Below the pieces are notes generated by a model. It saw only the letters and a program-made list of their open reading frames with translations, made no database searches and was not told the origin of the DNA. From Candidatus Nanoclepta minutus (lineage in GTDB: Archaea; Nanobdellota; Nanobdellia; Nanobdellales; Nanobdellaceae): a stretch of 32,000 bases of DNA. The translations under genes were made by a program, and so were the position numbers. The stretch lies in the NCBI GenBank assembly GCA_003568775.1, contig MWMI01000004.1, positions 30,001 to 62,000 of the forward strand. Reading direction: 5' to 3'. Shown here one piece after another: positions 24,931-32,000 of this stretch. Positions within the stretch are counted from its first letter, which is position 1. Each line of letters starts with the position of its first letter.

Positions 24931-25959
24931 ATGAAGCTCGGTATTTATGGCACTATTTATAATAACGCAGATACTGTAAAAACTACGATAAAGACATTAG
25001 TTAATTCTATTGAGGACCTATTTGATGAAATAATCTTCGTTATAACAGATAATTACTCTGATGATGGAACATACGAAAAACTTTTAGAGCTGAAAAAAGA
25101 ATATGAAAACTCTAAAATAAAAATAGAGATAATAAGAGAAAAAAGTACAAGGGGAAAAGGAAGACAAATCGCAATGGAATATCTTATAAACAATTATGAT
25201 ATAGATTTCGTGACATATACGGATTTCGATATAACATATTACCCATTTCAAAGAGACATCTTCAAAGCAATCATTGATAATATAAAAGATTATGAAATAT
25301 GGGGAGGTGTTGCTGGTCTTGCTACATATAAAACGTATAAAAGAATACTAGAAAGAGGAATCGAATGGCCTGATACAAACTTTTACGAAGATAACACATT
25401 CTTTTATCTTATTTCTACTAAAGCAAAAATACTGATAAAAGATTTATGCACTATTGGACACTCAAATGCTATCGTATATAATATCAATAGAGAAAAAAGA
25501 TATGCAAAAACAACTTTAAGATGGATCAAAAGATATCTAAAGACACAGTTAGATATATTAAGATCTTCTTTAACAATTTGGAGAGACATAATAAATATGA
25601 AAAATATCGCATTTGGAAGAAAAATTTTTAACTTGGCTAAGGGAATAAATGCTCATTACTTACTAGAAAATATGAGAATTTACATTCTCCCTGAGGAAGT
25701 AGGTTTACCAGAAAACACATTCTATAGGTTCAGTACATATGCTCCTAGAATGTTATTAGCTAAAATAATTGATGATAAAAAAGCTAAATTTATAAAAACT
25801 AGAGGTTTTCATTTCTTTAGAGACTTAAAGTTTGCTAAAAAATTTATAGAAGATCATGAAAAAGCTATATATAGAAATTTTGACTTTGACATAAATAAAG
25901 TTGAAATATATAAAATAAGTGAAATATTTGAAAAAGTACCTTATTTAATACACTACTAA
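24931..25959 (+). CDS. Glycosyltransferase, GT-A fold (GT2-like) with an extended C-terminal region
   Basis: IYGTIYNNADTV...IIFVITDNYSDDGTYEKL...RGKGRQIAME...TDFD (DxD-like). Confidence 0.75.
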   Translation: MKLGIYGTIYNNADTVKTTIKTLVNSIEDLFDEIIFVITDNYSDDGTYEKLLELKKEYENSKIKIEIIREKSTRGKGRQIAMEYLINNYDIDFVTYTDFDITYYPFQRDIFKAIIDNIKDYEIWGGVAGLATYKTYKRILERGIEWPDTNFYEDNTFFYLISTKAKILIKDLCTIGHSNAIVYNINREKRYAKTTLRWIKRYLKTQLDILRSSLTIWRDIINMKNIAFGRKIFNLAKGINAHYLLENMRIYILPEEVGLPENTFYRFSTYAPRMLLAKIIDDKKAKFIKTRGFHFFRDLKFAKKFIEDHEKAIYRNFDFDINKVEIYKISEIFEKVPYLIHY

Positions 25960-27149
25960 TGAGGATTTTACTATTTCATCCATGGATAAAATCAAAAGGA
26001 GGTGCAGAGAGGTTAATATTAGAATACATAAGAAGATCTAAACATAAAATAGATATATTAACTTGGGTTTATTTATCAGATAAAAGCTTTGAAGAATTCA
26101 AAAAATACAAAATTATAAGCATATTTCCAGAATATTTAGAATCTGTATCTAGAAGCTTTTTATTAAGGGGAAGTTTTGGAATCCTTTCTATAATAAAAAA
26201 TATATTAAAAGAAGGTTTTATTGAGAATTACGATCTCTTATTGATAAGCACTTCCGGTATAGCCGAACTAATCTTATTAAACAAAAAAATAAATATACCT
26301 GTTGTTTTATACGTTCATACACCCCTAAGAGCAACCTATAAATATGATATCTATTGGAACTTTAAATACAGGTTTAAAAATGTTTTATATAAAGCAGTAT
26401 ATAAACTTGCTCTACATTCTTATAATTATTTAGAGAGAAAAGCATGGAAAAGAGTTAGCTTTGCGATATTTAATTCAGAATTATCCAGAAAAAGGGCTTT
26501 AGATAAAAAACTAATAGATATAGAAAAGACAAAGGTAATATATCCGGGGGTAGATATCAATTTAGAACCCAAAAACCAAGAAAACTACTTTCTTTATATA
26601 AGTAGAATTGGGATGGCTAAAAGGCAAGAAATACTACTATATACATGGAAAATGTTTTCAAAAAAATATGGGGATTATAAACTAATATTAGCCGGAAATC
26701 TAGAAAACAAAAAGTATTATAGAAAATTGTTAAGGATAATAAAAGTCTTTAATCTTAGGAATGTAGAAATTCTGACTAATCTACCATCAGAAAAAATAAA
26801 AGGATTACATGAACATTCCCTATGTGAAATACAGGTTCCTTTTATGGAAGATTTTGGAATTGCACCATTAGAATCTGTTGCTGCTGGAAAATACTTAATA
26901 AACGTTTATCCATCTGGAAATTACGAATTGTTAAAAGATTTTCCTGGTATATACTGGATAAAAGAAAGAATAGACAATATAAAAATGGCAAGGGAAGTCT
27001 ATAAAGCTATGGAATACTTTATAAAAAATCAGGATAAATTAATAAACCTAGGATCAGAAAACAGAAAAAGATTTAAAAGATTAGATTTGTCTTGGGATAG
27101 ATTCGCAAAAGAAATGGATAAAACCTTGGAAAGTCTAATATTTTATTGA
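25959..27149 (+). CDS. Glycosyltransferase, GT-B fold (GT4-like)
   Basis: MRILLFHPWIKSKGGAERL...YISRIGMAKRQE...MEDFGIAPLESVAAGKYLI. TAATG junction with the upstream GT2 gene. Confidence 0.8.
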   Translation: MRILLFHPWIKSKGGAERLILEYIRRSKHKIDILTWVYLSDKSFEEFKKYKIISIFPEYLESVSRSFLLRGSFGILSIIKNILKEGFIENYDLLLISTSGIAELILLNKKINIPVVLYVHTPLRATYKYDIYWNFKYRFKNVLYKAVYKLALHSYNYLERKAWKRVSFAIFNSELSRKRALDKKLIDIEKTKVIYPGVDINLEPKNQENYFLYISRIGMAKRQEILLYTWKMFSKKYGDYKLILAGNLENKKYYRKLLRIIKVFNLRNVEILTNLPSEKIKGLHEHSLCEIQVPFMEDFGIAPLESVAAGKYLINVYPSGNYELLKDFPGIYWIKERIDNIKMAREVYKAMEYFIKNQDKLINLGSENRKRFKRLDLSWDRFAKEMDKTLESLIFY

Positions 27150-28187
27150 AGATTCATATATTTCCTTAAGACTCTTATTTCTATTTCCAATACTAAACTT
27201 ACCGTATTTTATTTCTTTCCAAGCATTTAAAGAAATCTCTTTAATTAAGTTAGTATTCTCTATTAAGCTACTTATAACATCTGTATATTTCTTTATTTCA
27301 TCTTTATCTCTCTTTATTATATATCCTGTCTTTTCGTTCTCTATTATCTCTCTTCTAGCAAATCCCTCAGAGGTAACAACTACATTACCATATGACATCG
27401 CTTCCAAAATTGTAAAACCGAAACTATCTGAATAACCTGGATAAACATATATATGAGATTTTCTGTATAAATTCCTTAATCCTTCATCAGTTAAAGATTC
27501 TAACCATTTAATGAAATTATATTTCTTTAAGATCTTATCTGATATCCATTTTTTTGGTGTTACAATAAACATCTCTATATCATACCTCTTATTTAAATTT
27601 TCAAAGACTTTTAATACGGTACTTCCACCTTTAGCATAAAAATATCTTGCTACAAATAATAATCTTATTTTATCAAAATCCTTATCTACATATTCTTCGG
27701 CAGGTACTGCTGGATAAATTACTTTTAGTTTTTCTCTTATTTTAGGATCTTTTCTTATTTCCTCTGGTATAGTATTATACGCCTCATAAGTCCATGGTAG
27801 TAGATATTTTAGATTCTTTTGCTTAAATAATTTTTTTATAATAATCTTCCCGATCCCGGAATAAGCTGGATAATGCGTAAAAAAGAAGATATAATAATGC
27901 TCAAAGTCTGTAACATATGGTTTATCTGTAAATAAAAATAAATGAGAAGTATGATATAGATCTAAATCTGAACTAGATACTTTTCTAATTTTAAAAATAG
28001 GAAATCTACCAATAGAAGAATAAATAATCCTCTTTACTTTTAAATAACTAATAAATTTTCTTGAAGATGTTATAAGAGTATCCTTTATTTTATTTAAATA
28101 AATAACTCCGTCTGGCGGGTACAAAAATAAGTATTTATAATAAGAAGAATCTAGCTTTCCTAGACTCTCTACTCTAACTTTTATCAT
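27135..28187 (-). CDS. Glycosyltransferase, GT-B fold (GT4-like)
   Basis: LLFVARYFYAKGGSTVLKVFENL...VYPGYSDSFGFTILEAMSYGNVVVTSE. Confidence 0.8.
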   Translation of the reverse strand: MIKVRVESLGKLDSSYYKYLFLYPPDGVIYLNKIKDTLITSSRKFISYLKVKRIIYSSIGRFPIFKIRKVSSSDLDLYHTSHLFLFTDKPYVTDFEHYYIFFFTHYPAYSGIGKIIIKKLFKQKNLKYLLPWTYEAYNTIPEEIRKDPKIREKLKVIYPAVPAEEYVDKDFDKIRLLFVARYFYAKGGSTVLKVFENLNKRYDIEMFIVTPKKWISDKILKKYNFIKWLESLTDEGLRNLYRKSHIYVYPGYSDSFGFTILEAMSYGNVVVTSEGFARREIIENEKTGYIIKRDKDEIKKYTDVISSLIENTNLIKEISLNAWKEIKYGKFSIGNRNKSLKEIYESSIKY

Positions 28188-28240
28188 ATAACAAACACAC
28201 AGAAGGAAAATTTATAAAAACTTATATTCAAGCTATTTAG

Positions 28241-29056
28241 ATGTCTGGTAAATATATAAATTATATTAAATGGTACATTGGCAGTATAAATAGCATAAGC
28301 GGTATTGGTAAATTAAAATTTGCAGCTACAGCACCAATACTTTTTGTTTATAATAAAATTAAAGGTAAAAGGGATAATATAAAGAATATAACCCGTTTCG
28401 ATCTTACTGTAAAGGTCTATGGGCATAAATTCGAATGTAGGAAAAACACACTTGATATAAGCTACATCATAAATTTCGAACCGGAAACCACAGAATTTTT
28501 GTTAAATAAAAAAGGAAAAATATTCATAGATGTTGGAGCACATATCGGAAGATATTCTATATTGCTTTCTAAAAACTTCGAAAAAATAATTTCCATTGAA
28601 GCTGATCCATATAATTATTCTCAATTGATTAGAAACACAAGATTAAATAGTCTATGGAATAAAGTAATACCGCTGAATATTGCCCTAACAAATAATGATG
28701 GGATACTTAAATTAAACCTTTCAGAAGAAGGAGACGGAACACATTCAATTGTTGTTAATTATGGAAAAGGAAGCATAGAAGTCTTAGGTCTTAAACTAGA
28801 TACGGTAATAGATTTATTAGGAATAGATCCAAAGGATATAGATGTAATTAAAATAGATGTAGAAGGGGCAGAATACTTCGTTCTACAGGGAATGAAAAAG
28901 GCTTTGAAAGATGGAAAACCAGTATTGGTTATTGAAATATGGGAAGATTCTAAATATAAAGAAAAAACTATAGAATTATTAAAAAAGTATGGATATAAAA
29001 TGATAAAAGAATTGGATAAAGGTTATGCTACAAATTACATTTTTGTTAAAGAATAA
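28241..29056 (+). CDS. FkbM-family SAM-dependent methyltransferase
   Basis: FIDVGAHIGRYSILL...SIEADPYNYSQL...IKIDVEGAEYFVLQGM. Confidence 0.8.
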   Translation: MSGKYINYIKWYIGSINSISGIGKLKFAATAPILFVYNKIKGKRDNIKNITRFDLTVKVYGHKFECRKNTLDISYIINFEPETTEFLLNKKGKIFIDVGAHIGRYSILLSKNFEKIISIEADPYNYSQLIRNTRLNSLWNKVIPLNIALTNNDGILKLNLSEEGDGTHSIVVNYGKGSIEVLGLKLDTVIDLLGIDPKDIDVIKIDVEGAEYFVLQGMKKALKDGKPVLVIEIWEDSKYKEKTIELLKKYGYKMIKELDKGYATNYIFVKE

Positions 29057-29059
29057 AAA

Positions 29060-29587
29060 CTATTTATAAACTGATAATAACTCTAGTAAAGAATCTTCTA
29101 AATCATATATAGCATCTCTTCCCTTAGTAGTAATCAGATTTCCATCAACAACGTAAGGTAAATCTGCAAACCTAACCTTTAGCTTTAAAACAGTTTTTAA
29201 ATATTCTGGAAACTCGTTAACGTTAAAAGTAATAGTCTTACCCAATAACAAATCCATCTTAGCAAATGCTATCTGTGCTAATGAAGATAAGATAACAGGT
29301 TTCTTTGCATAATAGAACCTAGCAAAAATACCTGCAGTTTCATTATTAATGAACTCTTTAAAACCTTTATCAGCAATCATAATTAAACTATCAAAAAAGG
29401 CTTCCTTTAATAGGAATATTTCTTCCGTTGAGAAATCTGGATAAACCTTTGAACCATATTTAGCAACTGCAACTTTCTTAAATGGTGTCGCAACATAAAC
29501 CTTCCCATCTAATATGTCTAAAAAGTTAACCAAATCTTCTTCAGAAAAACCTTCAGTAGGTAATATTATTAAGTGGGATCTTATCAT
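29060..29587 (-). CDS. DJ-1/PfpI-fold protein lacking the catalytic Cys-His dyad
   Basis: Collinear by eye with Pyrococcus PfpI/PH1704-type proteins (FDSLIMIA..., KKPVILSSLAQIAF vs GKPVASICHGPQIL, YVVDGNLITTKG vs VVVDGNWVSSR). The nucleophile position is Ser and the following His is Leu. Confidence 0.6.
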   Translation of the reverse strand: MIRSHLIILPTEGFSEEDLVNFLDILDGKVYVATPFKKVAVAKYGSKVYPDFSTEEIFLLKEAFFDSLIMIADKGFKEFINNETAGIFARFYYAKKPVILSSLAQIAFAKMDLLLGKTITFNVNEFPEYLKTVLKLKVRFADLPYVVDGNLITTKGRDAIYDLEDSLLELLSVYK

Positions 29588-29653
29588 ATTTATTTTTGAT
29601 ATACTTCAGAATATAATATTTTTATCTTCTAAAGTATTGATATTCTATTATCC

Positions 29654-31297
29654 ATGGTTTCACTAGAAGAGCTAAGGAAAGAAAATCTAGGAGAGAAACA
29701 TAAGGTATTTGAATCTAAAATAATCTTAGATGATCCAAGATATAGGTTAGAAAGCATATACTTTTGGTTATTAGATTTCTTAAGGGATGATTTAAAATTA
29801 AATGTTTCAAAAATTTCCGATGAATTTGGAGGATCTTTCGGATCAGTTTTCTATACAGATATAGTTAGAAGGGCTCAAAGCATTTTAACTACTGCAAGAG
29901 AGATTGGAGGTCTATTAAATACGATAATAAAATCTATTGTAGACGTAAGTAACTCTTATAGAACTCTAGTATTCGAAAGATTACATAAATTTGAAGATTT
30001 AAAATCCGATAATCCAGAGAAATCTTATACAGCATTAAAGGCTTTAAAATCCCTTTGGCTTGATAACGTAGATTCGAGGAAGGGAACATATGCTCTCAGG
30101 AACTTGATTAAAGCAGGATATTCAACAGTTATCGATCTATTTTTATTAGCGGAAGATGGAGAAAAACTAAATGAACTTATATCTAAAGGAATTGCAAACA
30201 AAAGTATCCTAAACCATCCATCCTATAGGGAGATATCTTACTATGAAAAGAATAAAATTGTTAATGAAAGAGTTATATCTTTAGTAAAAACTAGATTAGC
30301 GGAGTTCTATGGTTGGCTAGAGGAATCTGAAAAGTATTTTAAGGAGAGAGCAAAATATTTAAAAGCTTACTTATTACATCAAGTAAATTCCCTAATTTAT
30401 TATTTAGAAATTGCTAAACCATACTTCAAAGCTGCAAGAGCTTTAAAACAGAAGGAATATAATATTCCAGATATAGTAAAAGGTTTCGAATCAGCAATAA
30501 TTGAGATAACATTATTTGCAACCGATAAAGAGAAAGAATTAACAGAATGGGACAAAGATAAGAAAGATTTTATTAAAAAGAAATATATACCCTTATTCGA
30601 AGTAAACATAATAGCGAGGGTTAGACCAACACTACAGGCTATTTCCGTTGAAAGGACAGCCATGTATACATACATAGGAAGGATAGACATAGAGTATAGA
30701 GCATACGTCTTAACTAGGGAGGAATATGATGAGCTAGTAGCTAATAAGGAAATAGAGGATATCTTATATATACAAGGGATGACCGAAACCTTCTTAGAAG
30801 GGATTACAGACGTTATATGCAACGTATACCTATATGAAAAAGTTATTTCTAATAGTAAGTTATTGGAAACTGCGAAGAAATTCCTAAATAAGGATGAAAT
30901 AACTAGTGAGAGGGATATTGTTTGGACTAAAGAACTAGTAAAAGAGCTAGAAAAAGTTGATAAGAATTTTTTAAAGGGATTGGAATGGATAAATAAATAT
31001 TTACCTTCTAAAGAGGAATTAGAAAAAAAGGAAGAAAAGAAAGAGGAAGAGAAAAAGAAAGAAAATACAATAAGCCTTATCTTCCCAATAGCTAAACCCG
31101 CTGCTGATATATTCAAGAGCCTATTATATAATATATTTGAATTTATAGTAACCTATGGGAAGGATATATCAAACATAAGGTATTCTACTTCAAAGAAAAA
31201 ATTGGAAAAGGAAAGGGGAGATTTCATAGATGATGTAAAGAAAAAAGCTTGGCTAATATTCAATACCTCAAAGAAAAGCTTTGGTCTTGTAGCTTAA
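29654..31297 (+). CDS. Hypothetical 547-aa predominantly helical protein with a C-terminal Lys/Glu-rich linker
   Basis: Long ORF with normal coding composition. No P-loop, transmembrane helix or family motif recognised. KE-rich tract EELEKKEEKKEEEKKKEN near the C-terminus. Confidence 0.6.
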   Translation: MVSLEELRKENLGEKHKVFESKIILDDPRYRLESIYFWLLDFLRDDLKLNVSKISDEFGGSFGSVFYTDIVRRAQSILTTAREIGGLLNTIIKSIVDVSNSYRTLVFERLHKFEDLKSDNPEKSYTALKALKSLWLDNVDSRKGTYALRNLIKAGYSTVIDLFLLAEDGEKLNELISKGIANKSILNHPSYREISYYEKNKIVNERVISLVKTRLAEFYGWLEESEKYFKERAKYLKAYLLHQVNSLIYYLEIAKPYFKAARALKQKEYNIPDIVKGFESAIIEITLFATDKEKELTEWDKDKKDFIKKKYIPLFEVNIIARVRPTLQAISVERTAMYTYIGRIDIEYRAYVLTREEYDELVANKEIEDILYIQGMTETFLEGITDVICNVYLYEKVISNSKLLETAKKFLNKDEITSERDIVWTKELVKELEKVDKNFLKGLEWINKYLPSKEELEKKEEKKEEEKKKENTISLIFPIAKPAADIFKSLLYNIFEFIVTYGKDISNIRYSTSKKKLEKERGDFIDDVKKKAWLIFNTSKKSFGLVA

Positions 31298-31298
31298 A

Positions 31299-32000
31299 AT
31301 GGAAGAGGTATTCGGTAGAAAACAAGGTACTTCAACGAACATATCTTTAATAAACCAGTTAAAAGAACTGGAGAATAAGATAAGGCTAGGTTATCCTGCA
31401 GTCGAAATTGGAGTTGCAACTTTCGGACAATGGGAAGCCATACCAAAAGTTATATGGGAAGATATAGCAAGAAAGGCAAGGATAAACAAAATAGATCTAT
31501 CCCTACATGCTCCAGTGAGCGTGGAGGGTCAACTATCTACAGCACAGTTTCCAATAATAAGTGGAATAGAATTTAAAGGACAGGCTGCATTAATAAGCGA
31601 ATCTTCGAAGAAAAAAGTATCCCAAGAACTAAAGGAAATATTGGATACTGCTGCAAACTTAGGTAAAATATACGGAGAGAACATAAAAGTAACTATGCAC
31701 GTTACATCTGGCTTAGGCGAAACTATATGGAGTAAAGAATATGAAGATCACCTAAAGGATTATCTAAGAAAAAATAATGAAAAATTTGAAGATTTAAAGA
31801 AAAAACTTCTAGATTTAGGAATAATAAATAAAGAAGAATATCAAAAAATTAAGGATCCGGAAGATTTACCTTCATGGGTCTATGCGGTAAGTAGCGGTAT
31901 AACAATAGAAGTACCTGGAGGACATGCCTTAATAAACATAGAGGATATTAGGGATAGAAGGTATATAACTCAAAGATTGGAGAGTTTAAGAGAAAAATTG
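31299..32000 (+). CDS. Partial CDS (5' part, runs off window): possible xylose-isomerase-like TIM-barrel / AP-endonuclease-2-fold protein
   Basis: Not in the ORF track. Hand translation gives 234 codons with no stop, starting MEEVFGRKQG..., one nt after the upstream stop. PAVEIG...IDLSLHAPV...IKVTMHVTSG...GITIEVPGGH loosely resembles the beta-strand/metal-ligand pattern of that fold. This is a weak assignment. Confidence 0.4.
   Translation, partial: MEEVFGRKQGTSTNISLINQLKELENKIRLGYPAVEIGVATFGQWEAIPKVIWEDIARKARINKIDLSLHAPVSVEGQLSTAQFPIISGIEFKGQAALISESSKKKVSQELKEILDTAANLGKIYGENIKVTMHVTSGLGETIWSKEYEDHLKDYLRKNNEKFEDLKKKLLDLGIINKEEYQKIKDPEDLPSWVYAVSSGITIEVPGGHALINIEDIRDRRYITQRLESLREKL

Noticed and set aside
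979-25589. Remaining short antisense ORFs in the track: 979-1185, 4794-5081, 5666-5869, 7234-7635, 12082-12288, 13356-13971, 14302-14864, 15060-15499, 16269-16532, 18016-18270, 18585-18803, 18905-19285, 20605-20919, 22768-23394 and 25404-25589
   Set aside because: Each lies entirely within, and antisense to, a gene with strong family signatures. The translations are hydrophobic and low-complexity, as expected from the reverse complement of Lys/Glu/Asn-rich coding sequence.
31021-31065. 45-nt homopurine tract (agaaaaaaaggaagaaaagaaagaggaagagaaaaagaaagaaaa)
   Set aside because: It is explained by the Lys/Glu-rich linker it encodes within the 547-aa ORF. There is no evidence for an independent structural or regulatory role.
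30400-31116. 238-aa minus-strand ORF inside the 547-aa gene
   Set aside because: The translation is low-complexity Ser/Phe/Leu (FSFFFSSSFFSSFFSNSS), antisense to the polypurine KE-coding tract. It is a shadow ORF typical of AT-rich genomes.
1-32000. Search by eye for CRISPR arrays, transposases or integrases, split or intron-containing tRNA genes, and additional GC-rich structured-RNA islands
   Set aside because: No regularly spaced direct repeats were seen. No recombinase-like ORFs were seen. The only GC-rich islands are the 5S rRNA and the tRNA-Ser. The tRNA is continuous and intron-free.

Overview
Visibly AT-rich, very gene-dense archaeal window: about 47 protein genes, one orphan 5S rRNA and one tRNA-Ser(CGA). 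Both RNA genes are GC-rich islands, which suggests a thermophile. Most of the window is core information processing. It holds ribosomal proteins S19e, L37Ae, L32e, L6, L5, S4e, L24, L14, S17 and L40e, RNA polymerase subunits Rpo12 and Rpo7, Spt4, GluRS, TrpRS, TruD, Pth2, RNase P protein Rpp21, a fused PriS-PriL-type primase, pyrophosphatase, SepF and prefoldin beta. Neighbouring genes are often joined by ATGA or TAATG overlaps. The fused primase, the scrambled ribosomal-protein operon and the compaction resemble small-genome Nanoarchaeota/DPANN-type archaea; this is an inference, not a database result. Three regions are not explained by housekeeping. (1) At 614-4763 a HerA/FtsK-family ATPase is translationally coupled to secreted, sequon-rich proteins with a shared pilin-like N-terminus. 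This is the best candidate for an undescribed surface, attachment or translocation module. (2) At 22.2-29.1 kb a tRNA-flanked glycosylation island carries four glycosyltransferases bracketed by two FkbM methyltransferases. (3) At 29654-32000 an orphan 547-aa helical protein is coupled to a possible TIM-barrel protein that runs off the window. Other notable points are an NMN-adenylyltransferase-like gene broken by a -1 frame change at an A6 run, a coupled pair of apparent paralogs of unknown function (11483-12489), and a DJ-1/PfpI homolog without its catalytic Cys-His. No CRISPR array, transposase or integrase was recognised.
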